Of a stretch of DNA of 64,000 nt, positions 20,024-30,717 are shown in pieces. Under the pieces are notes generated by a model. The model saw nothing but the letters and a program-made list of their open reading frames with translations. It was not told where the DNA came from and did not search any database. Source of the DNA: Bradymonadia bacterium (GTDB taxonomy: Bacteria > Myxococcota_A > Bradymonadia > UBA7976 > UBA1532); NCBI GenBank assembly GCA_046290225.1, contig JBKAGE010000038.1, positions 256,001 through 320,000 of the forward strand. The letters run 5' to 3'. Each line of letters opens with the position of its first letter. Positions within the stretch are counted from its first letter, which is position 1. The translations under genes and the position numbers were made by a program.

Positions 20024-20175
20024 GGGGAACCTCTGAACGTTTGGTCAGAGCACCATAGCGAGGCCCCACCTTAACGTAAACAGAACACGAACCAATTCTC
20101 TCGTCGCCCCGACCTTGATCCACGGCGGTGGATGTCGCACACTTCCCCATTCTCTTCTGCCCCTGGGAGTCCGAG

Positions 20176-21372
20176 ATGGTGCCCACCCGCATGCTCCGAG
20201 CGCCCATCATGCTGTATCTGGCCTGCGTCGGGGCGCTGTCCGCCTGCGCAGATAGCCTCCCCTCGGAGGCGCCAGCCCCTGAAGAGAGCGCCAACGCAGG
20301 TGAGGGTGCCTACCTCGGCCACGATGTCAGCGCCGACTTTGAAGAGTTCGCCGCAGACGGCAAGGCCGACGCGCTCCCAAAGCGGTTCGATCAGGCGTGG
20401 CTGATGTCCGACGCCTTCTTCACCCAAGCAGACGCGATCACGGCAGACGATCTGCAGGCCTTCCTCGAGGCCACCCCTTACGACAAACGATCCTGGCTCG
20501 CTGACGAGATGGTCGGCGACTTACGGGCCGCCGACGCCATTGTCGCCGCTGGCCAGCATCAGGGCATCAACCCCGTGGTGCTCCTCGCCCGCATGCAGGT
20601 GGAGATGGGGGCCATCAGCAAGAGCGATCGCCCCAGCCGCCGCGCTGTTGACTTCGCCTTCGGCTGTGGCTGCCCCGACAACCGCCAGTGCATCGAGAGC
20701 TTTCGAGGCCTCGACAAGCAGATGGAGTGTGCAGCCGAGGTCATGCGAGAGCACTTCGACGGCTCTGTCGCCGGCACGGGCCAGTGGCGAGTGGGCAAAT
20801 CGAAGCGCACCCTCGACCGCATCTCGGTGGCGCCTCAAAACCACGCCACGGCCGCCCTCTACAGCTACACCCCCTGGGTGCTCCGAGGCCGCGGTGGCAA
20901 CTGGCTGGTCTGGAACGTCACCCGTAAGTTCGAGCAGTTCTTCCGAGACAAGGGCGCGTTGAGCGTACCCGAGGGCTGCCTCGGGGCCGCTTCGAGCGGT
21001 CTGCCCCCCTTCGTCGGCGCCCCCTGCAGCTGTGAATCGGACTGCGGCTTCGTGGCTCAGGGTCAGAGCGGCTGGTGCCACCCTGCGGGCTTTTGCACCA
21101 TCGGCTGCGAGGGCACCTGCCCGGATCGCAGTGGTTACGCCTCAACTTTCTGCATCTCCAGCAGCAACGGCGCCCTCGGCGGCATCTGCGCCTCCCAGGC
21201 CAGCGACGTCAACGGCGACTGCGCCGATCTCCCTGGCACCCTCGATCGCCCTCGCGAGCGCTATGTCGGCAGCAGCGGCGCCTCACCGCGCAGCGCTGTG
21301 GTGTGTGTGCCTGCAGAGGACGCCTTCGAGGATGGCTCCGACAGCAATGGCTCTGGCAGCGATCACGAGTGA
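20176..21372 (+). CDS. Lipoprotein with putative lysozyme-like domain and Cys-rich C-terminus
   Basis: Lipobox LSAC; INPVVLLARMQVE, FGCGCPD and NHATAALYSYTPW; Cys-rich tail. The lysozyme-like call is an inference. Confidence 0.55.
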   Translation: MVPTRMLRAPIMLYLACVGALSACADSLPSEAPAPEESANAGEGAYLGHDVSADFEEFAADGKADALPKRFDQAWLMSDAFFTQADAITADDLQAFLEATPYDKRSWLADEMVGDLRAADAIVAAGQHQGINPVVLLARMQVEMGAISKSDRPSRRAVDFAFGCGCPDNRQCIESFRGLDKQMECAAEVMREHFDGSVAGTGQWRVGKSKRTLDRISVAPQNHATAALYSYTPWVLRGRGGNWLVWNVTRKFEQFFRDKGALSVPEGCLGAASSGLPPFVGAPCSCESDCGFVAQGQSGWCHPAGFCTIGCEGTCPDRSGYASTFCISSSNGALGGICASQASDVNGDCADLPGTLDRPRERYVGSSGASPRSAVVCVPAEDAFEDGSDSNGSGSDHE

Positions 21373-21384
21373 GGGAGTGAGCAG

Positions 21385-22413
21385 GTGACCGGACCGGGGG
21401 GGCCTCGCCTCAAGAGCGTCGAGTTTCGCCGGGAGCGAGAGGCCGCCTGGCAAGATCTCGAGTTCCTCGTCGATCGCATCGAAAAAAGCGGTACACAGAA
21501 GCTCAGCGCCTCTGAGCTTACCCGACTGCCCATGCTTTACCGCAGCGCGCTCTCTTCTTTGAGCGTGGCCCGGGCCATCAGCCTCGATCAGAACCTCGTG
21601 CGGTACCTCGAGGCTCTCACCGCGCGGGCCTACTTCTGCGTCTACGGTGCCCGTCGCCACTTCCGCGAGGTCATGGCCGAGTACTTCGGCCGCACCCTCC
21701 CCGAGGCCATGCGGGCCCATCGATGGCACCTCCTCCTGGCTTTTGCTTTCTTCATGCTCGGCGGCATCGCCGCCTTCATGATGACCCTCGCGGATCCAGA
21801 TCTGTTCCACAGCTTCGTGAGCCCCGGCATGGCCGGTGGTCGAGGGCCTGAGGCCTCGACGGAGACACTGCGGGCGGTGCTCTACAACTCGGACAGCACT
21901 GGCTCTGACGAGCTCACAGCCTTCGCCTCGTTCTTGTTCAATAACAACGCCCGCATCGGCATCATGTGCTTCGCACTGGGCTTTGTCGGCGGGCTGCCGG
22001 TCTTCTACTTGTTGTTCACCAACGGCCTAGTGCTCGGCGCCTTCGCCGCCCTCTATCACAGCCGCGGGCTGTCGGTGGATCTGTGGGGCTGGCTCCTGCC
22101 CCACGGTGTCACCGAGCTGGGTGCCATCTTTGTGTGTGGTGCAGCAGGGCTGGCCATCGGCCAGGCGGTGATCTTCCCCGGCCGATACAGCCGCCTGAAC
22201 AACCTGCGCCTCAAAGGGCCTCCTGCCGGCACGCTGGTGGTGGGCGCGGTGATCATGCTGTTCATCGCTGCCCTCATCGAGGGGCTGTTCCGGCAGCTGG
22301 TGGACGACATCGTCGTGCGATACAGCGTGGCCACCTTCACCACGGTCTTCTGGCTCTGGTACTTCGGCACCGTCGGCCGGCCCCGTGGCTTGCGTGAGGG
22401 TGCCCGAGCATGA
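21385..22413 (+). CDS. Stage II sporulation protein M (DUF95) family membrane protein
   Basis: [39 protein letters not shown] and IAALIEG. Confidence 0.88.
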   Translation: MTGPGGPRLKSVEFRREREAAWQDLEFLVDRIEKSGTQKLSASELTRLPMLYRSALSSLSVARAISLDQNLVRYLEALTARAYFCVYGARRHFREVMAEYFGRTLPEAMRAHRWHLLLAFAFFMLGGIAAFMMTLADPDLFHSFVSPGMAGGRGPEASTETLRAVLYNSDSTGSDELTAFASFLFNNNARIGIMCFALGFVGGLPVFYLLFTNGLVLGAFAALYHSRGLSVDLWGWLLPHGVTELGAIFVCGAAGLAIGQAVIFPGRYSRLNNLRLKGPPAGTLVVGAVIMLFIAALIEGLFRQLVDDIVVRYSVATFTTVFWLWYFGTVGRPRGLREGARA

Positions 22414-23339
22414 ACGAGAACCCGAACGCTGATCCGAACGCCCCTCACCGGGCCATCGTCACGCCCGAAGGCATCCCGCTCTTCTTCAGCATCGCTCAGA
22501 GCGGTGATCGCCTCGGCGCCTTCCTGCTCGACCTGACCGTGCTCTATGGCTCGGTGATCCTGTTCGCGCTCCTCACCATCGCCGCCCTCGACGAAGACGG
22601 TGGGTGGTTCCTGGCGTTCTTCTTGTTCGTCAGCTTCATCATCCGCAACGGCTACTTCATCTTCTTCGAGCTGCGTTGGAGAGGCAGCACGCCGGGCAAG
22701 CGAAAGCTGGGACTGCAGGTGGTCGACGCCCGAGGTGGGCCCCTCAAACCCCACTCGGTCATCGTCCGCAACCTCACCCGTGATCTCGAGGTGTTCCTGC
22801 CCCTGCAGTTGCTGCTGGCCCCCGACGCGGTCTGGCCCGGGGCGCCGCGCTGGGCCGCCCTCGCCTCGACGCTCTGGCTCCTGGTCTTTGCCTTGTTGCC
22901 TGCCTTCAACAAAGAGCGGCTCCGCGTGGGCGATCTGCTCGCAGGCACTCGGGTGGTGGTCTCGCCGAAGGCCATGCTCCTTGAAGACATCGGGGATCAA
23001 CGAGGTGGCTGGATCAAAGGCCCGGGGCACACCTTCACCGCAGAGCATCTCAGTCACTATGGCGAGTACGAGCTGAGCGTGCTGGAGCAGGTGATCCGCC
23101 AGGGCGTGGATGTCGATCCGCTCACCGTGGAAGAGGTCCGACGCAAAATCTGTAAACGCATTGGCTGGAAGACCCCGGTGAAGGACTCCATGGGCTTCCT
23201 CCGTGATTTCTATGCCGCTCAGCGGGCTCAGCTCGAGCGCGGCATGCTCTTCGGTGAGCGCCTCGCCGACAAGACCGCCGCCCGGCAACGAGCCCGTACC
23301 AAGAAAGGTCCACCGGGCTCGGGGCGCTCTGGGAGTTGA
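22410..23339 (+). CDS. RDD family membrane protein
   Basis: [30 protein letters not shown] and [16 protein letters not shown] overlap with the SpoIIM gene. Confidence 0.88.
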   Translation: MNENPNADPNAPHRAIVTPEGIPLFFSIAQSGDRLGAFLLDLTVLYGSVILFALLTIAALDEDGGWFLAFFLFVSFIIRNGYFIFFELRWRGSTPGKRKLGLQVVDARGGPLKPHSVIVRNLTRDLEVFLPLQLLLAPDAVWPGAPRWAALASTLWLLVFALLPAFNKERLRVGDLLAGTRVVVSPKAMLLEDIGDQRGGWIKGPGHTFTAEHLSHYGEYELSVLEQVIRQGVDVDPLTVEEVRRKICKRIGWKTPVKDSMGFLRDFYAAQRAQLERGMLFGERLADKTAARQRARTKKGPPGSGRSGS

Positions 23340-23342
23340 ACC

Positions 23343-24980
23343 ATGAACGATCGATCGAGGCGACTGGCCTCGATGCTGGCCACAGCCACGCTGAGCGCCG
23401 GGGCAATGAGTGCCGGCTCTCCGGCAGAGGCCTCTCCGACGGCCCGTGCGGCGGGGGCCCTCTCGGCCCCTGCTGACGAGGGTGGCGCCGGCCACCTGCA
23501 CGTGGCCCTGGACACCTGGCACGACAGCCTGAGCACCTTCGACCTCAACGGCGACGGCGACACATATGCTTTTGGGCAGGTGGGGGCACTCCGCCTTCGA
23601 CTCGGCGGCGACGTCGAGCTGGGCAAGGGGCTGACGTTCCACGGAGAGCTCGATGCCTATGCAGGCCGTACCTATGGTGATCCCACTGAGCTGGGCACCG
23701 ATCGGGTAGAAGCCCCTTTCCGTGACGCGGTGCGGTTTCAGCGATTGCCCATTCTGCCCCGGCGCTTCTCGCTCTCCTGGGCCAGCCCGGTGGGGGTGGT
23801 GGAGTTGGGTCACACGACGAGCCACTGGGGCTTGGGTCTTTTGGCCAACAGCGGTCAACGAGACGGCCGCCTCTTCGCTGATCCGCAGCGCGGCAACCTC
23901 GTGGAGCGGCTCTCTTTTGCCACGGCGCCCCTCATCGGCCTCAGCGACGATCCGAACAGCTATGCTCAGAGGCTCACCATGGCCGTCGCAGGGGATCTGG
24001 TCTTCGCCGACGCTCAGGCAGAGCTGCTCGACGAAGATCTCAACCACAAGGACACGGCCTGGCAGGGCATCTTCGCTCTGTTTCTCAGGCCACCCTCCGA
24101 GCAGGGCGAGCGCCCTCGTCATGCGCTGAGTGGTGGCGGGTACGTCGTCTACCGCGACCAGGAGTACGCCGACGGCGACACCCTGCAGGCGCTGATCTTC
24201 GACGGCCATGTGCGCTATGTGCAGCGCCTCGGCGCGTCGAGCCAGCTGCGCTACGAGCTGGAGACCGCCTGGATTCAGGGCGAGACCAACCGCCTCGTCA
24301 CCGAGCTGGGCACCGAAGGCGTCGACGTGGAGTCTTCGGGCACGGCCTTCGAGCTGGCCTGGTCTTCGATGGTCTCTGGCCTGCCCTTCGAGCTTGTGGG
24401 CCTCGCAGGCACCGCCAGTGGTGATGGTGATCCCGACGACGGCGTGCTCAACCGCTTTACGTTCCATGCTGACTATGATGCGGGGATGATCTTGTTCGCC
24501 CACGTGATCCCGGCGTTACAGCGTCAGGCGGTCTCCGAGGTGGACGACCCCCTCCGCACGGCAGAGCCCCCCGAGGGTCTGGAGTCCCTCCCCGGCTGGG
24601 GCGGCATCTCGGGTGCGAGCTATGGTGGCCTGCGACTGGTGGTAGGTCCCTGGCGCGATCTTGAGCTGGGCCTGCAGTACATCGCCGCCACCACCACGGC
24701 CCCCCTCACTGATCCGTATGCGAGCTTCTCTGCTGGCGGCTCACCGACCAACCCTTTCGGGGGCAATGGCTCTGGCAGTCTGGGTCAGGAGTTCAACGTG
24801 GCCGCACGTTATGCCTTCGAGCTGCCCGTGCTCGATGGACTCGCCGGGCAGTTTCGGCTGACCTACGGCGCCTTCCTCCCTGGCGAGGTCCTCGAAGGTC
24901 CCGAGGGCAAGATGGGCACCGTGCACCTCGCTCAGGCGGCCCTGTCCTTCGATTGTGACTGCGTCGGAGGTGATCGATGA
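23343..24980 (+). CDS. Probable outer-membrane beta-barrel protein
   Basis: Signal peptide; alternating amphipathic strands; GHTTSHWGLGLLANSG, GTASGD and LGQEFN...RY resemble alginate-export-like barrels. Confidence 0.55.
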   Translation: MNDRSRRLASMLATATLSAGAMSAGSPAEASPTARAAGALSAPADEGGAGHLHVALDTWHDSLSTFDLNGDGDTYAFGQVGALRLRLGGDVELGKGLTFHGELDAYAGRTYGDPTELGTDRVEAPFRDAVRFQRLPILPRRFSLSWASPVGVVELGHTTSHWGLGLLANSGQRDGRLFADPQRGNLVERLSFATAPLIGLSDDPNSYAQRLTMAVAGDLVFADAQAELLDEDLNHKDTAWQGIFALFLRPPSEQGERPRHALSGGGYVVYRDQEYADGDTLQALIFDGHVRYVQRLGASSQLRYELETAWIQGETNRLVTELGTEGVDVESSGTAFELAWSSMVSGLPFELVGLAGTASGDGDPDDGVLNRFTFHADYDAGMILFAHVIPALQRQAVSEVDDPLRTAEPPEGLESLPGWGGISGASYGGLRLVVGPWRDLELGLQYIAATTTAPLTDPYASFSAGGSPTNPFGGNGSGSLGQEFNVAARYAFELPVLDGLAGQFRLTYGAFLPGEVLEGPEGKMGTVHLAQAALSFDCDCVGGDR

Positions 24981-27900
24981 ACCGCACCGCACGACACGGC
25001 GCCCTCGCCCTGGCTCTGATCTGCGCCACGGCCTGCACCGAGACCTTCGACAACCGCCCCGAAGGGCTGCGCCTCACCTCCTCTGGTGGCGGCCCGAAGG
25101 TGATCTTCGATCCCGAGGCCCGGCCTCTGCCTGAGATCCCTTTTCCCAATGACGTGGCCACCCGCATCGATCCCACGAGCCCCACGGGGCGCCGGGTGAA
25201 CTTCCCGATCCTCGGGGAGACGCTCCGAGAGTCGGCCCTGCGGGAGAAAGCCAACAAGCTCGACGGCTTTGGCCTCTTCGCCCCCATCACGGTGCAGTTT
25301 GACGCCCCCATCGACGTGGTCGATTTGCAGGCCCGGCACAACAACCACGATCTCATCGACGACGCCATCTACCTGGTGAACGTCGACCCTGACAGCCCGG
25401 GCTTCGGGGAGCGCGTGCAGCTCGACATCGGGGCCAACGCGCCCCTGCCCGAGGCGATGCGGATCCACCCCGAGCAGCGCGCCCCCACCGCAGGCCGGTT
25501 CCCTGTGGCCCTCGATCGGCCCAGCCAGTACTTCGATCATGATCCTCGAACTGGATCCTCCACCCTCGTCTTCGAGACCCGATTCGAATTCGACGAGGAC
25601 AACGACGGGGTGCTCGACGACGCGGAAGACACGGACGGCGACGGGGTATTCGACCGCCCGAACACCATCGACGGCGAGGCCTACGCACCGGGCAGCATCG
25701 AAGAGGTGGACGCGGTGCTCTCGTTCTACGAGCGGGAGACCAACACCCTCATCATCCGCACGGTGATGCCCCTACGAGAGGCCACCACCTACGCCGTGGT
25801 GCTGTCGAAGTTCGTCACCGACGAGCAGGGCCGCCCCATCGAGTCCCCCTTCGACTTCATCAACCACACCCGCCAGAGCAAAGCCCTTGAGCCCCTGCCC
25901 GAGGTGCTGCCTCAGTACGGCCTGAACATGCGAGATGTGGCCTTCGCCTGGACCTTCACCACCCAGAGCGCCACCCTCGAGATGCAGATGATTCGCCGTG
26001 GCCTCTACGCTGATGGCCCCCTCAGCTGGCTGAGCGAGCGCTTCCCCGCTCGCCTCGACGCCCTCTGGAGTTGGACTGATGACGAGGCCCTCGCAGCCTG
26101 TGAGGAGGCGGCCAACGGCAACCCCGATCGCCTCGCCCGCTGCGAGCACCCCTACGGCGTGAAGGTGCTCACCGCGGAGAAGCTCAGGGCGATCGTGGGC
26201 CCGCTGGGATCTCAGCTCGTCGATGATCCCAGCCCCCTCGTCGACGCGTATCGCTATGTGGATTACATGATCGCGGGCACCTTCATCTCCCCCGACTTCC
26301 TCACGGATCGCGACGGCTACGCCGACGAGTTCCACCCCCAAAACGACGATGAGAGCTTCGAGATCGATCTCGCCAAGGGTGACGCCGTCGTCGGCGACGG
26401 CAAGGTGACTTTCTGGTGCACGATCCCCAAGAGCCTCGAGTACACCGATCTCGACGGCACCGTGCGCCGTCATGAGCCCCCCTTCCCCGTGGTGCTCTAC
26501 GGCCATGGGTACGGCGGCAGCCGCCTCGAGATGCTGGGCTTCGCCGGGCATCACGCCCGCTTCGGCCTGGCCACCTGCGCCACCGACGCTGTGGGCCACG
26601 GCCTCACGCTGCCTCAAGACCTGCTCGATCTCGCCACCAACCTGCTCCCGAACCTGGTGCAGCGCGACGGGATGGCGGTCGAGCCGGTGGTGCACAACAT
26701 CACCGAGGGCCGCCACCGCGATCTCAACAACGACGGCATCCGCGACTCCGGCGGCGATTTCTGGACAGAAGATGTGTTCCACACGCGGGACATGGTGCGT
26801 CAGAGCGCTGTGGACTGGCTGCAGCTGGTGCGGGTGCTGCGCAGCTTCGACGGCACCCGGGAGAGCGCCGTGGATCGGGACGGCGACGATGTGCCCGACG
26901 GCCTCGCTGGCGACTTCAATGGCGACGGCGTCGTCGATCTCGGCGGCCCCAGCAACGACTACTTCGCCTGGGGCCAGAGCCTCGGTGGCATCATGAGCGT
27001 GCTGGCCCCCGCCGTCGAGCCCTCCATGGTGGCCGTGGCCCCCACCGCCGGCGGCGCCGGTCTCATCGACATCGCCGTGCGATCCATCGACTCCGCGGTC
27101 CCCCGGGTGGTGGTCTTGCGGATGATGGGCCCCATGATCCTCGGCGATCCGATCAACGACGAAGAGGGCAACCCCACGGGCCGCTACCAGCTCAACTGGC
27201 TGGTCCCCAACACCTCGCCCCCGGCGAGCACGCCCAGGGCCCGTCGGATCCCCATCGCCGAGGTGCAGCTGAACCCTGGAGAGATCTTCTCAGCCCGCAA
27301 CCTGACCCGAGAGCGCCGAGCAGAGATCCCAGCGCCGGATCGCCACTTCGCCGTGGTGAAGCCCGAGGGCTTCCGCGTGCACTACGCCGCCGACGCCTGG
27401 AGCAGCTCCGACAAGCGCGCTCTGCTCGGCCTGAAGCCTGAAGAGGAAGGCTTCGAGCCGCTCCGCATGACTGAGGCGCAGGTCCTCGAATCAGGCGACG
27501 AGTTCATCTTCGAGGTCTACTCGCCCACCGAGCTCGATGTGCCCCGCCTCGTGGTGGACGCCTGGGGCGCCGACGCGGAGTGGCAAGGGGCCATCTACCC
27601 CGAGGGCAGCCCCATCGTGGCCACGGGCTCGGGCTATGGCCACGAGCGCCAGAGCTCTGATCTGAGGCGGTTCTTCAACATCGCCCAGGCCATCCTCGAC
27701 GCAGGAGATCCAGCGGCCTACGGGGTGCGCTACACCCGTGATCCCATCGACATGTCCGATCTCGAGCCCGACCGGCTCACGGAGACCCGGGCCCTGGTGG
27801 TGTCGACCACGGGTGATCAAAACGTGCCCATCAACACTGGCATTGCCCTGGCCCGGGTGATGGGCATCATCGACACCGAGAAGCCCCGTGGCGATCTGTT

Positions 27901-28342
27901 CGGCCTCACCGAGGACGAGTTCCTCATGGCAGTGGGCGCCTACGAGGGCACAGTGCAGTACCCCCGCTGGTGGGATGACGAGGGCCCGTACAACTTCGAC
28001 GTCGATGATCTCGACAACGGCCGCGACGGTTATGTGAACGACCCCCGGGGGAACTTCAAGCTGCGCCTCACTAAGCCCACACCTCAAGGGGGCCTCACGG
28101 CGCTGCGCATGCCATACATGGGCCGCTCCAACCGCGTGAGCGGCGTCGACGCCCACGGCATCGACGCCTCGACGCCGAGCCGCGACTTCGACATCAGCAC
28201 CTTCATGGCCAACCAGATCAGCTTGTACTTCTTGAAGCGCGGCCAGGGGCTCACCGCCCGACAGCTCGACGCCCCCTGTCTTCAGTTCCTGGGCAACGAT
28301 CCCCGTAGCTGCCCGATCGCCCCGCTGTATCCTGAGGACTGA
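24977..28342 (+). CDS. Large lipoprotein alpha/beta hydrolase (lipase/esterase-like) with N-terminal Ig-like region
   Basis: Lipobox ATAC; IPFPND, LDGFG, VLYGHGYGG, nucleophile elbow WGQSLGG and GDQNVP; Asp-rich DxDGDG loops; ATGA overlap with the upstream gene. Confidence 0.8.
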   Translation: MNRTARHGALALALICATACTETFDNRPEGLRLTSSGGGPKVIFDPEARPLPEIPFPNDVATRIDPTSPTGRRVNFPILGETLRESALREKANKLDGFGLFAPITVQFDAPIDVVDLQARHNNHDLIDDAIYLVNVDPDSPGFGERVQLDIGANAPLPEAMRIHPEQRAPTAGRFPVALDRPSQYFDHDPRTGSSTLVFETRFEFDEDNDGVLDDAEDTDGDGVFDRPNTIDGEAYAPGSIEEVDAVLSFYERETNTLIIRTVMPLREATTYAVVLSKFVTDEQGRPIESPFDFINHTRQSKALEPLPEVLPQYGLNMRDVAFAWTFTTQSATLEMQMIRRGLYADGPLSWLSERFPARLDALWSWTDDEALAACEEAANGNPDRLARCEHPYGVKVLTAEKLRAIVGPLGSQLVDDPSPLVDAYRYVDYMIAGTFISPDFLTDRDGYADEFHPQNDDESFEIDLAKGDAVVGDGKVTFWCTIPKSLEYTDLDGTVRRHEPPFPVVLYGHGYGGSRLEMLGFAGHHARFGLATCATDAVGHGLTLPQDLLDLATNLLPNLVQRDGMAVEPVVHNITEGRHRDLNNDGIRDSGGDFWTEDVFHTRDMVRQSAVDWLQLVRVLRSFDGTRESAVDRDGDDVPDGLAGDFNGDGVVDLGGPSNDYFAWGQSLGGIMSVLAPAVEPSMVAVAPTAGGAGLIDIAVRSIDSAVPRVVVLRMMGPMILGDPINDEEGNPTGRYQLNWLVPNTSPPASTPRARRIPIAEVQLNPGEIFSARNLTRERRAEIPAPDRHFAVVKPEGFRVHYAADAWSSSDKRALLGLKPEEEGFEPLRMTEAQVLESGDEFIFEVYSPTELDVPRLVVDAWGADAEWQGAIYPEGSPIVATGSGYGHERQSSDLRRFFNIAQAILDAGDPAAYGVRYTRDPIDMSDLEPDRLTETRALVVSTTGDQNVPINTGIALARVMGIIDTEKPRGDLFGLTEDEFLMAVGAYEGTVQYPRWWDDEGPYNFDVDDLDNGRDGYVNDPRGNFKLRLTKPTPQGGLTALRMPYMGRSNRVSGVDAHGIDASTPSRDFDISTFMANQISLYFLKRGQGLTARQLDAPCLQFLGNDPRSCPIAPLYPED

Positions 28343-28386
28343 TTCCAACCCCTCAGTAAAAAACACGGAATACATGGCCCGCCTCG

Positions 28387-29010
28387 ATGGTGGTCCAGCT
28401 CGGCATCAAACCTCAGAAACGCGCCTCCTGGCCCTGTTATCACATCCTGGCGTGGAGGCGGCATGACGTGCCCGCGGCAGTGTTGGTTTTCACTCCCAGT
28501 CAGGCTGTGGCCGATTGGGCTGCGGAGCCGGTCAAGATGGGCTTTGGTCAGACTTACTGCCCGATCGTGGTGGGACCTGACGGCATACCGCGCATCGAGG
28601 CGCCAGATGTGGCCATTCAAGTACCACAGCTTGCATTGCTCTCGGCTCTGGCTCATGGGAACCGAAAACACAGTCGACCAGTGCTCGAAGCGTGTATCGA
28701 GTCGTGGGCGAGCCTCGACGAGGGCCAGGTGACCGACTACCATGATCTATTGTTGATGCAGCTCAATGCAGCAGTTCGAAAGGTGCTCCACACCATGCTC
28801 AAAGAACGCAAGCGTGCATACCTGTCCGATACGTTCAACGATCTCGTTGACCAAGGCAAAAGGCAGACACTGCTCAAACTGGCACAGCTCAAGTTCGGCG
28901 AATTGACAGCGGAGCAAGAAACACGCGTTCGGCAGGCGGACGGTGAAATGCTCGAACGCTGGACCGAGAGCATCCTCACCGCCGAGACCGCTGACGACCT
29001 CTTCAACTGA
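28387..29010 (+). pseudogene. N-terminally truncated Rpn/DUF4351-type PD-(D/E)XK putative transposase-like protein
   Basis: VQLGIKPQKRASWPCY...AVADWAAEP...VVGPDGIP...LALLSALAHG and C-terminal LKFGEL...LERWTESILTAETADDLF. The upstream catalytic D and the E of EVQ are missing. Confidence 0.55.
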
Positions 29011-29016
29011 GCCTGC

Positions 29017-29688
29017 TCACCCGAAGTCTCGAGCCAACCCACGAATTTTGTGCTGCCAGTTGTAGACCACCTGTGTGTTTACCCCGAGGGCCTTCGCGGC
29101 ATCTGCCGGTGAGCACCCATCGACGTAGAGCGCTCTCAGAACGAGACGACCACGCTCGGGCAGTTGGGCGTCCAGATGGGCGAAGAGTGCCTTAGCTTCA
29201 GAGCGAGCAGCCACCTGACGCTCTGGATCTACCTGCTCGTCGGCGATTTGGCCCATGACCTCGGGGTTCACCGCCTTCTGGTCCCCTCCGCGCTTTTGAG
29301 CCAGGCGTTTGCGCAAGATGCTCACCACCGTGCGCTCGGTCACCACCCCAACATAGCCCTCAAAGCTGGCCCCACGATCAGGCTCGAAGGCCATCAGGCG
29401 CTTCCCGCTCTCTTCGAGCAAAGCCAGCCAGACCTCCTGGGCATACTCGTCTCTCACGTCAGAGGCTACAGGTCGACGCCAATGACGCCGTAGGGTGTAA
29501 CCCACCTGCGCCCGAACCACCGGCAACAGACGGCGGACCAGGCGGCGCATGGCCAGGGTGTTGCCCGAGAGGGCATCCCGCACCAGCGCAGCGTCGGCTT
29601 CGGGGTCTGAGGTTTGGCGTTCGTCGCGGCCTGCAGCCCCCACTGCCGCGGCGAACAACCCCAATATCCAGGAGAAGATGAGGGTCAT
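29017..29688 (-). CDS. ECF-type RNA polymerase sigma factor
   Basis: DAALVRDALSG, DEYAQEVWLALL, FEPDRGASFEGYV, and region 4 LPERGRLVLRALYVDGCSPADAAKALGVNTQVVYNWQHKIR. Confidence 0.88.
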   Translation of the reverse strand: MTLIFSWILGLFAAAVGAAGRDERQTSDPEADAALVRDALSGNTLAMRRLVRRLLPVVRAQVGYTLRRHWRRPVASDVRDEYAQEVWLALLEESGKRLMAFEPDRGASFEGYVGVVTERTVVSILRKRLAQKRGGDQKAVNPEVMGQIADEQVDPERQVAARSEAKALFAHLDAQLPERGRLVLRALYVDGCSPADAAKALGVNTQVVYNWQHKIRGLARDFG

Positions 29689-30593
29689 CAGGGCGGCTGC
29701 TCTCCTCGATAGGTGACGGGGATCTCGATCCAGCGCAGGGCGCTGTTCTCTCGGGCATTTTTGGCGGTGGTGCCTGCGAGCCCCTCGAGGCCCTTCGCTT
29801 CTTTGGCCAGGGCGACATACACGAAGCGCTTGCCGGTGCGCGTACCGAAGATCGCACCGGCTTTGGCCTTGAGCAAGAAGGCGCCCTTGCGCTCCTTGAT
29901 CTCGGTGGTGACGGCCTTCAGGCCCTCAGGGGTGTCAACAAAGACCTGCAGCGCGGGTGCCTTCCCGTCTGGGGCTTGCTCGGGCTTCAGGGTGATACGG
30001 ATCTCGCTCACAGCGTCGAAGATGCGCTTGGCGTGGGGGTCCTCCTCGCCACGGATCTCTTGAATCATGCCCTGAACGGCGGCGACCTGGTAAGGCGAAG
30101 GCGGGGGCAGGCTGTCGGGGCGCATCAGCACCAGCACCAGGGCAGCAGCGGCGGCGATCACCCCGCTCCCGGCCCACGTGGTCCACCTTTTGGGAAACGG
30201 CACCACATTGCTGGGGCCCTCCTTGATGTTGGACGCTTCGCTGGAAGAAACAGCCTTTGCGATTCCGGCGCCTTCACCTTCGAGGAGGGTGTCGGAGTTG
30301 ACCTGTTTCTCGATCTCGCCCACGGCCCACTGCTCCATGTCGCCAAGGGGCGCATCGAGGTCGTAGAGCATGGCTCTGGCGGCAGGATCTTCGACGAGCG
30401 CCTGCTCCACCTCGGCGGCCTCTTCGTCGCTGAGCGTGCCAGCCCGTAGAGCGAGGATGGTCTCGAGGGGTACCCCCTCGCCCTCTGGCTCAGCCGCTTC
30501 TTCATCTGGTGACGATGGCAAGTCTTCGAGCACGCCACCGAGGGCCCGGAGTCGGGCGTCGAGGGCTTCGTCGTTGGGTGTGTGCTCGGTCAT
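29688..30593 (-). CDS. Putative membrane-spanning anti-sigma factor
   Basis: ASD-like ETILALRAGTLSDEEAAEVEQAL (Zn ligands absent), NVVPFP, TM helix WAGSGVIAAAAALVLVLM and an extracytoplasmic domain. Its TGA overlaps the sigma ATG; RBS AAGGAA. Confidence 0.7.
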   Translation of the reverse strand: MTEHTPNDEALDARLRALGGVLEDLPSSPDEEAAEPEGEGVPLETILALRAGTLSDEEAAEVEQALVEDPAARAMLYDLDAPLGDMEQWAVGEIEKQVNSDTLLEGEGAGIAKAVSSSEASNIKEGPSNVVPFPKRWTTWAGSGVIAAAAALVLVLMRPDSLPPPSPYQVAAVQGMIQEIRGEEDPHAKRIFDAVSEIRITLKPEQAPDGKAPALQVFVDTPEGLKAVTTEIKERKGAFLLKAKAGAIFGTRTGKRFVYVALAKEAKGLEGLAGTTAKNARENSALRWIEIPVTYRGEQPP

Positions 30594-30717
30594 GGCGCGT
30601 TCCTTTTGGACCCTGCACGGGCCCACCGGCAGTCTGACACATTCTGACGATGGGCTCACCTTCTGTGGGTGAGCTCACTGGGATCTACGTGAAATGGGGT
30701 GGTGCTCTTTTGGTAAG

